In this document: positions 35,341 to 49,399 of the stretch, piece after piece
Layout: every line of letters starts with the position of its first letter
Numbering within the stretch: the first letter of the stretch is position 1
From: Lepidodermella squamata
Taxonomy: Eukaryota; Animalia; Gastrotricha
DNA: 64,000 nt
Direction: 5' to 3'
Assembly: GCA_047495785.1 (NCBI GenBank)
Contig: JBLDXI010000003.1
Span: forward strand, 2,356,001-2,420,000
The notes under the pieces: generated by a model
What the model saw: the letters and a program-made list of their open reading frames with translations, nothing else
What the model was told of the DNA's origin: nothing
The model's database searches: none
Program-made: the position numbers and the translations under genes

Positions 35341-38300
35341 TCAATCCTCAGTTGAAGATTCCAGAATTTCGACCAGAGCACGGGCATCGCCCCAACGGTG
35401 GCAATCGACCGCGATTTGCAAAGGACTCTTATATTCTTCGTCAGCTTTTTTCGCCAAACCGGGACTTTTAGAACACAAGTAATCAAGTATTGGCGTTATC
35501 TCGCCGCCGACCAACCCAAGATAATTGACAAGAACAGACCGACCGAGCTCATCAATTGATTCCGGATCAAAATCGTATTTTTCAATCAGCAATTTGATAG
35601 TATCAAGACTGCCTGCAAACGCAGCTATATGGAGAGCATTTAAACCTGAACCATCAACTGCATACACGTCGCATCCGTTTTCGATGAGAAATTCGAGCAG
35701 GTCTAATTTTCGATAATCAATCGCGGTCAGAAGAGGCGTCATTTTATGGTCTAAAGCGCGAGACTCCCTATAGTCGGGAATCAATTCGAATAATCGAGTC
35801 AAAATGAGTTTCGAAATTGAAGAATCCTTGCATTGTAAAGCGACGTGGAATAACGATTCCTTTTCATAATTGAAAAATCCCAATTCAACCTTTTGCTCGA
35901 CTAAATATTCGAAAATATCAATTTTGCCGTGTCTAACAGCCCGCATAACTGATGGCTCTCCGTTGCTGTCTGGGAAATAATAATTCAGATCGGTTTCTTC
36001 CGTCAAATATTTGAAGACAGATAAATCGCCCTGAGCAGCGTTGTTTAAAAGATCCGCGTCGTTCCGATCACGCATTTCCAACATTTCAGGATATTTTTTG
36101 ACAAAATACTTCACAACATCCAGGTGGCCATTTCTCGCGGCGAAAAAAGCCGCGTTATCTTCAAAATAGCCCGTACAAAACGGGTCCACGTTAAGGTCTT
36201 CGACGAGAAATCGGACCAGATCGAGGTTTCCAGAAGCAGCGGCGGATAAAATTGGTAATTCACCGTTGGGCAGCTTGAAATTTGCGATGAATATATCGCA
36301 ACCAGGTGGAAGTCTTGGGTCTCCGCATATCTCTTTCACAGCTTTGAAATCTCCAGTTTCCAGAGCGGCGTGGTATCGCTCAACCTCGTAAGGCAGTAAT
36401 TCAGGCTAAAATACATAATTTACATTTAAATTTTGCTGGAAATTACTGATAATTTATAGCACTTAGCATAAAGTCGTGTTTCCCATTGTGAATAACTGTA
36501 AAAGGTGGTGGAATGCCTACCAACTCACGAGGAAATTGATATCATGGCAGTGTTTCGTGAGTTATCGGTCAAACGCTAGTTCAATTTTTACATCCTATCA
36601 TCATTTTCAAGGGTAAGCGCGCCAACTCGAACCAACTACCCGGTTTCAAGGCGTATCTCAGTGATTCCGGGTATATCAAACAGGATATCGTCCTCGAGTA
36701 CCTCTTCCACTTCAACCAACATCATCTGGATAAAGACCTCGTACTACTTCTGCTCGACGGTCAATCGTCTCAGCCATCGAAGTTTGACGAATTAATGATT
36801 TAATGATTATTGTAATTTTTTGACATGCGGTTCCCGGAAGATTTACGAACAAACAATGGCAATGATGCTGGAGCAGTTTGATAACCTCATCGAAAAGCTA
36901 GTAACCGTAGTTTAAGAGACAGGAATGTCGTAACTCAGATCTTTCACATGCCTGAAATGTCAACTTTACAACGATCTGCTGATGGAAAACTCTCAGATCG
37001 AATCGAACCGGTTGACTTCAGCTTCCTCCAGCCGCCTCAATTACGACTACGTCTGGTTCCCCTGCAACTTCAGCGCCGTCCGAAGCTACTGCCGCGAGTG
37101 TCACACCTGCACTCCGCACTTTCGTAGACGTCATGGCTCTACTGCGACATGACGATAATCAATCGTCTTTCAGCCTCCACACATTATACCATGCATTACT
37201 TCAGAGGTATCCCGAACAGTTCCAGTTGGGTCGTCAAGAGGAAGCAGAACCAGAGGCCTTGGTTGCCGATCCCAGCTTGAGGCTGCCATTTGAGGGCACT
37301 ATTTGCCGTAAGGTACACTGCTTATCATGCGGTCGTCGCTATTCGCTATATACCACCTCCACGGTTAAGTCTACTGAAATCATGTGCAGGCAAAATTCGC
37401 AAGGCGACCAACCAGCCGACCAGGGTGCCGCTGGCCCGCGGTGCACGAAGCCTCTGGCGCAACGCCACAGGAGGTCGTTTTCGGCTAACCAGTCCGTACG
37501 GCCACCAAGCTTTTATCCAGCCCTGCCACCGGCGATCTCGACCATCCCAATGGTCCGCCAGCGCAACACGCTGGGTCTCTCTCGCCTCGACGCGCTCAGG
37601 CAGCGCACGTCCGCCAACCTGGATAAGACAACGGCACCTGGCGTCGTGACACGCGCCCGTTCGGCACGCGTTCGCCTCTCCCGCCACGGCGCCCACTTCC
37701 CTATTTAAGCGCAACTATCATACTTTCATTCATCAACTTCTCTACTTCGCAACTTGTTATTTTACTATGCTCTACCGGTGCCTCGTCCTAGTCCTCTCAC
37801 CCTATCATTGGCTTTTGTAACTTATCAAATTCCATATTTAATCCGAATTCCTATCGTTAATTAGAACATATTTTATCTATTTTATATCGGCGAGTTGTAT
37901 CGATCCGCTTACCTCAACCGTACCTGCCTACTGCGCGATCGGTAATTTGTTGTTTATTATCAATGTTCAAGGCTTAAACTTACCTTCATCTAACAGCTAT
38001 TCTTGCCGTCACTCTAAATATTGCTTCTCCCGGCTGACCGTTTCGCCTTAACACGAACCCGGTATGCGACCTCGCCTTATAACATTTTACCTCCTTTTCT
38101 GACACATTGTTCTGTATTCTGTATACAGGGCCTTGATTTTACCTAATAAAAAGACCGTTAGCGCCAACAACCAGTTGTGCCCTTTTCTTCGGTCACTGTT
38201 ACACACGCCAACTCGCACACGCGTCGGCGACTATATCGGTGTCGCATCGAGGATCACGAACGCAAGGGCAAGTTCGCCCCACGATGCAACAGCCCGTGTT

Positions 38301-40637
38301 CGTGGTCACCGCGGTTGACGAGGAAACAACAACTACAGGCTCTCGGCTCCTTCGGACCCGGCGAAAACTCTGCCCTTGACAAACCGGCGCAAGCTGGTCG
38401 CGTTTCTCGCCGCGGCGGTCGCAAAACCTTACCTTATCATGAAAGCGATTATTGGTCTACCACCGACTATCTTGGTTGCACAGCAGTGAAGAAAACGGTG
38501 TCACCGAATCGATACAAAACGATTTCTTAACTACTGCGATAACAGCAACTTGGCTCTCTCAGACAGATTTGCTAACTGGCACTTTTAGTAAAATTGCTGA
38601 ATGAATTTCAAGCGCGACGGTTATTTCTCGGCGATGCTCTCCATCGATGAATCCGGACAGCTACAACAGCATCACTTAAGTGCACAGTCGGATCACTTAA
38701 CCGAACACACGTCACTGAAACCTGATCCCCGTATGATTGACGCTCATCGTCCGTCGCCTCATCGGTGGTCTCAACTAAGGCTAATTCTCGGTCCCTATCG
38801 TCTCTCCAACTCAACCACTGCATCCTCCGTCTAGACCATCAGTCCCACCTTGCACACGGCTAGGTGAAATTGAGCAGCTGCTGCCTACGATCCTTGACAC
38901 GTTGAACGACACGAGGTGAGACTCGGAGCGTTTCCCTACTGATGGCCTATTGAAAGATCCGCAAATTTTCAAATCGAACGCTGATATCAGTTTTACCGTT
39001 GATTATCTAAAGCCCAAAGGTGAATACTGGTTTCCCATCTATACGAGTCCACTACACCCTGACGGAAGTGCCAAATAGACCTCGAGAAGCGTCAGGTTGG
39101 TACTATTCTACCCAATTCTGCCCTGGTACAGCTTGCGGTTTAAAAGCCGCAGACGCTTCTTCTCATCTCTCAAGCCGTCAAGGACGAGGTCTGAATATAG
39201 CGGCTAGCGGCTATAACAATTCGGATGGAAAGCTGCGATGCACATTATGCCATTAAAGTTTTCAACTACAGACCGCAGCAATTTTTCGAACTTTAAATTC
39301 GATAGGGCTCTCTGTAACGCTCTAAAATGATGTTACTAGCCATAAAAACTCCGCTAAGCAGATCGCGGATGCTTTTACAGTCCAGTTACTAAAACTGGAA
39401 ACTGGAAACTTTTACTCCAGTTGCTAAAAAGCGAGATATATTACTCACCACTTGCTCATTTTTTGAAGATTTCTTCTCGGACGGCGCACCAATGAAAAAG
39501 ATTTTATCGATCAATGTCGAAATGTGGTTCGCCAGCGTCTCATCCACATCAAATAATACATCAAGAAGTCCGAATTCAGGATTTTCCATCAGCCTCAACT
39601 TTAAAACCACAAACAGTTACGGATTCATGATTATAATTGCTATTTGCAAACCTTTTGATCGACCATTCGAGTTGTTTTATGAAACGTTTTGGCTAAATCC
39701 AATGTTCCGCAGTGACCAGGCGTTAAGTTGCTGTAGTTGTTTTGACGAAAAATTTTCCTCAAAGATGGCCAGAGATCAACAGAAAGCCGGTTTTGAACGA
39801 AATTCTTCCTCGCAACTAATCGACTTTCCAAATTTTTGAGCATTACACAGCGATTCTTCTCAATGGCCAATCGAAATTTTTCAATCTGAGCATCGCATTG
39901 AGAATTGATTTCAGCCGTCAATTCATTTCTTAATTTCTCGTTATTTTCATCGTGATCCTTAACTTTCCTTTCGCGGCTGGAAATTGCGGCTTGATATCTG
40001 CTAACAAACTGGACAAATATGCGATAGAATTTTCCAAAAATTTGAAGATGAAAACTGACATTAAGAGATATCCAGTTCATTTCAAGCCGTAAACGCTCGC
40101 AATGGGCTAAAGAGCAAGATTCGCAGAACAGCTGTTCACAATGAGGACATTCCCAAGATTCGTCCGCGAAAAGATCGCTATGATGGCAACGCTCGCCGAC
40201 AACGAAGCACTGTTTCGCAGGATTCGAGCGTCTATTCAGCTCGTTTAAAATCTTATCCAACGAATGATTCCTGTGGAAACCTGGCTCATCTAGGAGAAAA
40301 TACTTAATAGGTAACAATGTATGTCTTTTTCATTGAACCAAACCATTTTCGTCGTCAAACTCCAATTTTTGATTCAGTTTTCGACAAATGGGACATTTAA
40401 CTATGTGATAATCGGGGTGAGATTGGTAGCAATTAAAACAGATCGTATGACCGCATTCTTGCAACAAAACTGATCGGATAATATTCTCATTGCAAACGCA
40501 GCAATTCAAAATCTGGAAAATGCATGATTTATTTCATGTTTTTTTCGAGCAGAAATGAAGCTTACTTCAGTGAAACAACTGTTAATAGGTTGAATTTCTT
40601 CGATTCGAGGTCTCTTTTTTCGAATTTCAGACGCCAT
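35341..40637 (-). CDS. RBCC-ANK gene T1: NLS, RING, B-box-like, coiled coil, linker, about 10 ankyrin repeats
   Basis: Exon 40637-40566 gives MASEIRKKRPRIE. The RING exon from 40512 gives CCVC..CGHTICFNC..CPIC, followed by B-box-like CHH..CPHCEQLFCESCSLAH and a coiled-coil exon. The linker exon ends in a phase-0 donor at 39449, and the ankyrin exon 36405-35341 opens with a phase-0 acceptor and has no start codon of its own. Confidence 0.85.
36575..36775 (+). mobile_element. pogo/Tigger-like DDE transposase fragment in T1 intron
   Basis: Translates to LHPIIIFKGKR...SDSGYIKQDIVLEYLFHFNQH...LVLLLLDGQSS, the DDE_1 pattern (P..IFKG, SGW, LLLLDGHSSH). Confidence 0.7.
36990..38190 (+). mobile_element. 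Decayed LTR-retrotransposon-like remnant (integrase-like pieces plus LTR-like tail)
   Basis: YVWFP..AVRSYCRECHTC resembles the integrase zinc-finger region. An AT-rich tail with AATAAA (38146) follows and shares sequence (gaacccggtatgc, tacagggcctt) with about 53240-53335. Confidence 0.45.
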
Positions 40638-40984
40638 TCTCAAGTTTCTAAAAAAATAAAAAAATTCGATGGCACCTCATAATGTATAGAAAACGTTTTT
40701 TCAATAAATAATATGAATCCATCAGCTAGTAGCTAGTTGAAACATAACAATAAAGTAAGAATATGGAGTGGAACACTGGGAAATCGATTATGAAAAATGC
40801 ACCAAGAAAAGTGTAGTCTTAAAACAAGATCCAAGGGCAAAATTTCCGAGGACATCTTTTGCGTTATTGACACAAAATTTCCAAAAACCTCGAACAAATA
40901 AGGGCGTCAAATGAAATCAAAGATTAGAAAAGAGATAAAAATGATCAGTGGCACGCGAAATGCCTTGTAAGCAATATGTTTGAA

Positions 40985-43900
40985 TCACCAAAAAAAGGGT
41001 TCACAGGGTTCCAGTTTCTGATGAGTTTCCAATAAAATGCGAGCCACATTCCAGTGGCGCTTATCAACGGCCTCTTGAAGCGTACTTCGGCCGGAATCTT
41101 TATAGTAGATCATTCTCACAAGAGATGGGTCTAATTGACACCAGTATTCAACCAATTCTGGGTTGTCGTTTGAAACAGCTTCACGGAAAGCTGCCATTTC
41201 ACTTTTCCACCGAAGACTTTGATCCAAGCCAGATTTTTTGAGCCATTTTCTCATAATTTCGATCAATCGAGGAGCTTCTTTCGATTTAAAGCTACAAGCC
41301 GCTAATTGCAATGCACCTAACCCACAGGTAGTAGCAGCCTTTAGGTCACATCCTTCATCAACGAATTTGTTGAGTAGTTCAAACCTCCTGGATTTAATAG
41401 CGTACAACAGCGGGGTGAAACCGATGTTTTCCGCTTTCTCCTTCAAATCCGGGATCACGACGAGCAAGCGATCTAAAATTGCTTTTGAAGTTTCGACACA
41501 ACCGTCAAAATCGGAAAGGCGATGAAACAATGTCATTCCCCGGCTATCGACCACTCCACAATCAGCTCCTTTTTCGATTAGGAATTCGAAAATGTCCAGT
41601 TTTCCGAGTTTCACCGCCTGAATGATCGGCGTCTCTCCATCATGATCTTTCCGATTAATGTCAATATCTAAATTTTCGAGCAGGTACTTGACCACAGTTA
41701 ATGATCCGTAACACGCGTAGCTTATCAGGCAACGATTTTTCCGCGACGTTGCTGTTAGACATTCAGGAAATTTTGACACAAAATATTTAACAGCTTCAAG
41801 TTGCCCATGTTTTGCAGCAGTTAAAACTGCGTGCTTACGCTCTCCACGGCTCGAGTGTCTTCCGCAATTAGATGGGTCCACGCCAAATTTTTCGACAAGG
41901 TAACGGATCAATTCGAGGTTCCCAGATTTAGTAGCGTAGGAAATAGAAGGAGATGCCCTATAGCTCTGCCCCATGAAGTCCGCGATGTAGAGATTACAAA
42001 AAAGAGGGAGTCGGTTGTCTAATAAAGTCAGCTTCACCGTCTCAATGTCGCCTTTGTTTAGTGCGGCTTGGAAGTGCTTTTGCTCAGAACTTAAACTCTT
42101 ACTGAACTGAAAAAACGAATAAAAATAAGAATTTTATTCGAAATCGATAAGATACCAAGTCAGTTTCTCCGGTTGTTCTGCTATAGCTCAAACATTTTGC
42201 CGTTTTGTTGATCAACTTTAGAATATGTTTTTCAAGTTGCGCTTCAAAGTCAAGCTCGAATTTCCACAAACGTTTACAAGGTCGCTCCATTACTTGCAGC
42301 TGTATTTCAAGCAAAAATAGGGTGATTACTTTTCAAACCTTCTGATGAGTCATCGAGGTACTCAACAAAACTGTTGACCCCCGTTTTTTCGACGGAATCT
42401 TATTTCGAACCTTCAAAAACCCTAGAAGTCGATCTAATACAATTTCTAACCCTCGGTCATCGGTCAAAGTCGGTGTGGCGGTGACACCTTTAATAAATAG
42501 CACGTGTCACGCCACGAATTGTTATTTCTATCTGGCGCGTGCCAGCAATAGCCGCGCCAGAAGCCTGATGCCATTCCGCCTATAAAAAGGCCCAATTTGA
42601 TACTTTTAAATCATCTACCGTTTCGGAGATCATAAAATAGTTTAAGCCTTAGCCTTAATAAAATACCCTAGTTTCGTATACGTCGAACGTGTTTTTGCTA
42701 CAACTTTACCTAACAACAAACAAGTCGGGTCGTCGGTCATGATCCCGTGATCGCGAGAACCCGTCACCATTACAGTCGGTTTGTCCGAAACGAGGTCAAT
42801 CGATTTACCTGGTCAACAGGTGTGATGGGACGGCGAGATCAAACTGCTCCTAGGACTGGCGCGCATCATAAATCATAAATTTTTTGAGAAATCGGGGAAA
42901 ACTTGTATGTCCGAGGAAGGGATATTTTTTAATAGATTTCTGTCAAAATTTAGCCAACAGGTAAATTAGTGAGCACCTCGATTACTCATCAGACGGTTTG
43001 AAAAATAATGACCCACTAGATTTCGAACAAGCTCACTTTGCAATCAATTTCCATAGCTTGTTTGTAATGATCGAGCTCGAAACCATCGGTTATGTGCTGT
43101 GTCGCGGTGATGGAGGCTTCGGTTTCAGCATACAATTCACGAGACATATGCTCATGAATCCACGCCCTGTTTTCTTCGAACGGTTTGTCCAACTCATTTA
43201 GAAGCTCCTCTCGCGCTTCTTCAACAGCCAGCTGCAGTTTCTGGTTCAATCGATCGTAATAGGAATTTATCTCATTTATCAGCTCAATTCTTTTCGCCTT
43301 CATTTCCATCTCGGCGGCAAATTTAGTCTTTTCTCGGTTGAGGACAGCTGATCTCAAGCGACCGGCGAACTATAAAACGGCACATGCTCACGGTCAGTTT
43401 AAAAAAGCAATGCTCACGTTGACAGAAATCCAAGCCGTTTCTAGTTTAACTTGTTCCAGGTGGGCTTTGTTGCAAATTTCGCAAAACAATTTATGACAAT
43501 GAGGACACTGCAGCCATTTTTTCGAGTCCAAGTGGGGACATCTTTCGCCAACAAAGAAATGTTTGTAGACTGGATCTAAAGCTCGTGAGTATACCCGGTT
43601 GATCTTTCTCATGGCTTCATCATACAAATAATCTAAATTGAAAAAATTGCATTGTTTCTATGTATTTAGAGTAAAAGAATGATCCACCTACATCTCTTAT
43701 TAGAGTCACATTCCAGTCCTGGACTCACTGCTTTGCAAACAGGGCACAGTATGAAATCATTTTCATCGCTCGTACGAGAAGGGAAACAGCCCTCGCAAAT
43801 AGAATGGCCGCAGGCATCCATCAAAACTACGTCTTCCTTCACTTTGTGACAAACAGGGCAGCTCAATGCCTGCAATACGCAGAATTATTCAAAGGCTATG

Positions 43901-43993
43901 CATATTACGGTAACTTGCCTCCGCGATAGATGAATCGACAGGTGTCAACGATTCGATTCTCGGCCGCTTGAAACAACGACCAGTATTAGACAT
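40985..43993 (-). CDS. RBCC-ANK gene T2 (best-supported model)
   Basis: Exon 43993-43919 is followed by a 49-nt GC-AG intron, RING CPVC..CGHSICEGC..CPVC, a B-box-like exon and a coiled-coil exon ending at 43037. The linker exon 42299-42156 joins the ankyrin exon 42106-40985 in frame across a 49-nt GT-AG intron. Confidence 0.9.
42320..43014. mobile_element. MITE in the T2 coiled-coil/linker intron
   Basis: Imperfect TIRs of about 45 bp: GGGTGATTACTTTTCAAACCTTCTGATGAGTCATCGAGGTACTCA vs the reverse complement at 42970-43014. Confidence 0.8.
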
Positions 43994-44149
43994 ATCGCGC
44001 GAATAAGAATTTCTAAAGATGTCATGACAAATAAATGATAAATTGGTGACGATCAATACTTTTTCTCGTATTCTCCATTAAACCTGAAAAATCCAAAATT
44101 CAATATTTGAATGAATATCTACGTATCATGTGTAAAAAGGTCAGTATTT

Positions 44150-47100
44150 TCAACAGTATCCAAACAAAACAGGCGCCGAAGATTCGAGGCTTTCCAGTAA
44201 AACACGAGCAGCTTTCCATCGCCGATTTTGAATCGCTTCGATGATAGGAAGCTGATAATTGCTGTCCATCTCGCTAATCAACTCCGGTGCCTTTTCACAC
44301 AAATACTTCGCTGCTTCAAATTCATGAGGATTCGTAGCACAATGCAGAGCAGTTCTGCCGTATTCATTCTTAACACTAGGATCAAAACCATGAGTTTCAA
44401 CCAATTTTCTGACCAGCGGCAGCAATCCTTCTGACGCAGCTATATGCAACGCATTGTTGCCTCCTCCATCAACCGCTCGAATATTGCATCCATTTTCAAT
44501 GCAAATATCGACAAGATCGAGATTTTCCGAAATAATGGCATTGAGAAAGGGGGTGTGTTCACTGCTGTTTGTATTCTCTTTGAAATTTGGAATCAATTGA
44601 AATAGTCTCTTCATGATAACATTCGCGCCGTCTTCTTCCACCACATCAGAAACAGTGTGGAGTAAAGTTTCGCCGTAAATATTTTTGACCTTTAGAGTCG
44701 CCCCTTTCTCGACCAGGTATCCAAAAATTTCGGATTTCCCTTTTTTCAACGCTTGCATTATCGGCGTTTCGCGATCCCTATCCCTTCGATTCATGTCGAA
44801 ATTTCGCACTTCGACTAGATATTTCACCACTTCCAAATTTCCTTGGCAAGCATAACTTAATAGGCATCGATCTTCTTCGCCAGTGGCTTTCAATGACTCA
44901 GGGTATTTTTCGATCAGATATTTCAAAACTTCGAGATGTCCATGTTTAGCCGCAAATAAAACAACAGGATACAGTTGCTTTTTGTAACAATTTGTTCGAC
45001 CCTTGAAAAGCGGGTCAACGCCAAGATTTTCGATTAAAAAGCGGACGAGATCGAGGTTACCGGATTTAACAGCTTTGCGAAGAGCAGGCTCGGTGCCACA
45101 TGGTGACATGTAATTCGCGATGTAGATGTTGCAATCAGGCGGCAGTTCGGGATTGGAGCAAATTTCGACAACCGTCTTCAAGTCGCCTTCCTTAAGAGCC
45201 GTTTCAAATCTCGCGATCTCGTAGACGGGCACATGGGGCTAAGGAAAATAGGTAAACAAAATATTACAGAAAATTCGAATAAAGGGAATATTAATGAACA
45301 TTTTGATGAGAAAAGCAATGTTTCAGTCGTCCCTACATGACATGGCAACACTTAATGCCCGGCTAGATAATACAGAATCGGAAAGTCGCAGGCAATTTAA
45401 GGACCTCAACAAATCGGTTGACAAATTCATAGGCGTGGTGGAAGACATCAAAACAAAAATGTCAGCCGTTACCATATGCCTCAAACTGCTGTTATAGAAA
45501 AACCTTTCCGTGTGGCTCCGTGCTATTTCGTCATTCATTACTTTCTTATCGGCACCGACCAGGGAGTCATTACGGCGCAGTATAAATATACGACTGACTA
45601 TCAAATTACACACCACCCGGGTTGCATCTGAAGTACCCATACCGGCCGAAATGTCGTTGATAACTGCGCTTTAGTGATCTATTCCCTACGGTCTCAAAAC
45701 AGCTGTAACTATCTCAAGTGCAAGTGTTTGAAGGGCTGCAATTCGTCAGTGGTTACTGATGAATACATCGATATCATGGCGGGACTTCGCAAAGTCATCG
45801 GCAGCTGCCTTGACAAAAAGCCCAGCCTGGGCATACGTCGTAGCGCAATCTGGGATCTGGTAAATAATGCAGCATGTTTTTCATGGATCAATTCGTTGTT
45901 AAAAATTTTGTTCTCGAGTATAATTGGAGTTTGTGGAGTGTAATTTTTTGGGCTGAAGACCGTTTTTCATGCGATTTCGGCCAGAGCTTGCTCTTTTTGG
46001 TGTTTAAAATATTCCCGTTTGGTGCTTAAAATGCTTCAAAAGCATGATGGGACCTAATGGGCTCGGTTAGATCGCGCATTTTCCCGACAACGAATGATTC
46101 TGCCAACAGTGCCATTGTTCCTACCAAGAAGCGCAACATCACAAAGCGTCACAAAAGAGTACTTATGTCCGCAGTGCAACGCTATATGGAGCAAGAGCAA
46201 GAAAAGCGAAGGAAAATTGGGCAAATGTCCGGAGTACCGCGGAGTACGGCGCAGTACCGCGCTGTAATTATAGTTTTATAATTAACTGTTTCGATCAACT
46301 CTATTATAACGTCTCTATCTACAATGAAGGATTGTAATTTGTTCTACGTTTTTTTCGTTCATGATGAGTTCGTTCAGGTAGAGCATGCTGTCACTGGATG
46401 CAATCTCTGCGTCATTTACAAAACCGATGACTTTTTCTCGGTTGGCAAGAAATTCTATCATGTCAAATTTGCAGTGCCTAACTCCTTCAAACGGCCGTTT
46501 TCCGGCGAGTAACAGAGCTATCTGTCAAGAAATAACGCGGTTCGGTTATGCAGGTTGCGAGACCTCGCAACACAACATTTTTCAATATGTTTGATCCAGG
46601 TTGCTGACCTGAGTCGCCAAATGCAAACTGGCTTTGAGGTCATCAACAATCGCATCGACGCGACGGAAACACGTCTGAATGCCCGCCTCGACACTTTAGA
46701 ACGTCGTCTCAATGGGATTCAATGGGCAACAGTAAATCAACACCGGCTAACAGCTTCGCCTTATAAAGAACCCGGTACGCGTCTCCGCCTTCTCTACTCA
46801 CTTTTTGTATACTTATGAGTTGTATCTTTTACATTCCGGGACTTCCGTTTGAGAAATAAATCAAGAGACCGTTGAACAGCTTGCCCTTTGCTTACAAGTA
46901 TCGGTCTCCGCCCCATTCGCAAGTTCGAAAAAGTTTAATACCTCCATTTTGTTCCGGTGACTCGTATGTGCAACAACACTTCTGCATTATAACACGAACG
47001 ACTTCCAGTCTTAAGTCTGCTATGGTAGCATTATATCGAAAGGCGACATCGAAGCCAGCCCTTGAAAATGTGTTGCGCGATACAAAGGAGGCGAAGGGAA

Positions 47101-48996
47101 TCCACAACATGCACGCAATCTGAGTTGTTTCACTGTTAGTTGTCCGCGCTGCTACTATTTCTGGCGAATAGAACAAATTACGATATTCGAACGCTTAACT
47201 GACTAAAACGGCTTCTACTTGAAACTCGATCCGGTAAAGCTGCATTTGACGTTGGCGTCATCGACTCGGAGGGTGTTAATCATATACAGTACTATCTTCA
47301 AGAGCCAAGAAAGCGTTTTTCGTAAGGTACACCATGTAACGCCCGTTTAGTACCCAGCCGAATTTTGCATCCACAGAACCACTATATCCTTCGACAGTGG
47401 TAACGAATATCTTTGTGGAAGAAGGCGAACTGCACTCCCTGAAAGCAGTAGACGAAAACGGCAAGCTGCTTCCAAATTCTCGAATTTTTCTAAGGTGGCA
47501 CCTTGATGACCTCTTCAAAAGCTCCCATGAAGACAAAGGCCACCCCGAACTACCCCAAAGCTAATCGCTTGTATTAATCGCTTCTTTGACTGTTCATTGA
47601 CACTGTTTCAAAAGTTTCCAGTTTTCGATTCACCATGCTGTAATTGATAGGTGTACTAATAAATAATGTTAAATGTTGCGTGTACATCTAGCGGAAAGTC
47701 ATTCAATATTTCGATAGTATTTGAATAGGCAGCGGAATGCGCGCTATTTGCAATATATTCAATATTTAGCGGAACGCGCTTTCCGCTAAAACGCGTGTTG
47801 CGCTACGACAAATATAAATTAATGGGTATCGGGTGGCCTATTCTGATGCTGGCTCATTAAGAGCACGCCGATGTTACAGTATTTTCTCCGTCCATCACGG
47901 ATTCCCCCAGAACTATAAATAGCCACTACAATAAATAAATTAGAACGTGTAGCAAGCCTTGGTATCCTAGCTCTATCGTAGGTCCAGAAAATCGACAAGA
48001 TACAATCATAGCCTAGGCCCTAGGCTTAGAAATTAGGAGCCTAGGAGTCCATGTGTAATGTAGGCCAACAGGGTTCGTTGCCAGAATTAATGTTTTTGTC
48101 ATTTTTTGGTTATTATCATTTTTTATTGCAAATTTCAAACTACCTCAAAGACTTCTTTAGTGGAATACTCGCCGATTCTCCATCCAACGCCAGCAGCCTT
48201 ATCGATTAGCCCAATAATGTGATCGATAACCGGTTGATCAGAAACAAATTGCAGTTCAGGCAGGTATCCCCCAGGCTCTTCGATTTTCTGCAACTAACAA
48301 TCAAGAAGGTTAAACATGGGAAATAAAATTAATCAATTGAACCTTTTTATCAATATCATTGACTTCGCGGAGAAGTTCGGCCGCGTCGGTCATAGAACAA
48401 TATTCGAGACCGTCGCAAACTTGTTTGCTAACGATAAATTTGTCGATTAATTCAAAATTTTCTGAAGAAAGCGAATCGATTGAGAATCTTCGACGGGTTT
48501 GAACTCGACTTTCGAGCTTTTCAAGCATTTTTCGACGGCTTGCCTCCACAGCTGATTTCAGCTTTTCGATCAAAGAATCGCAATGAGAATTTATTTCATC
48601 CGTCAAAGCCTTCTTATTCTCTTCAATTTTCGAGTCAGAAATCGCCATTTTTTCTTCGATTTTCCACCCTGCTGATTTAAATCGCTTTGCGAACTGAAAT
48701 TCAGATCAAAATGTTAAATTTTAAAATTCTGGAAAATCAAAACGAACGTTTACAGAAATCCAGCTTGATTCAAATTTGAGAAGTTCCGAATGACATTTCG
48801 CGCAAGGTTCGCAAAATTTTCGCTGACAATGCGAACATTCGACAGTTTCTACATTAGGCAAAACTGATCCATGAGGACATTTTTCTCCGACAATAAAATT
48901 CACCAGTCCATTTTTAGAAGAATAAAACGAGTCAAACTTGGGTCTCTTAATATTGGCAGATTCAGAAGACACCATTGTTTTTATTAAATTAACCAT
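44150..48996 (-). CDS. Gene T3: RING-less B-box, coiled coil, ankyrin paralog
   Basis: The N-terminus (..IKRPKFDS..) runs directly into FIVGEKCPH..CSHCQRKFCEPCAKCH. A coiled-coil exon and linker exon 48293-48144 follow, then ankyrin exon 45238-44150 in phase 0. No RING-coding sequence lies in 49000-49400. Confidence 0.82.
45294..47565 (+). pseudogene. Antisense, fragmented coding-like insert inside the T3 intron
   Basis: Two related coiled-coil pieces (TLNARLDNTE at about 45350; RLNARLDTLE at about 46675), each follow a splice acceptor. The frames contain many stops and AATAAA occurs at about 47659. Family not recognised. Confidence 0.35.
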
Positions 48997-49399
48997 AACC
49001 TAAAAGCAATCAATAAACAAAATTGAGGCAAAAAATGCTGACTAAAATCTCAATAAGTTCGGAATTAGAGAAGAGATTTGAAAATTGAAGTTTTCTCGAA
49101 AATTTAATAAAGATTTTAGAGGAAAATGAAAAATAAAATTTCGATAAATTAACAACACAATTATTTATAAATTGTATAAAGAGCAACATTTGAAACAATA
49201 GCGGAAAATGGTATTTTTGAAAATTTGCCACGCGTGGAGCTCCAATTTCGCTCAGATGTCTTCTAATTTCGCCCAAAAAATAATTTCATTACTTCAGAAT
49301 CTATAAAAAGGGAAATTAAAAGGCTTGCAATGATAATTCAATTTATTTTCATTTTCGCAATATAAAAAGCATACAAATCATAATAAGGGTCATGCGTCG

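Noticed and set aside
47689-47790. Short repeat-rich segment bounded by TAGCGGAAAG and CTTTCCGCTA
   Set aside because: Only a 10-bp inverted match and a single copy in the window; too weak to call an element.
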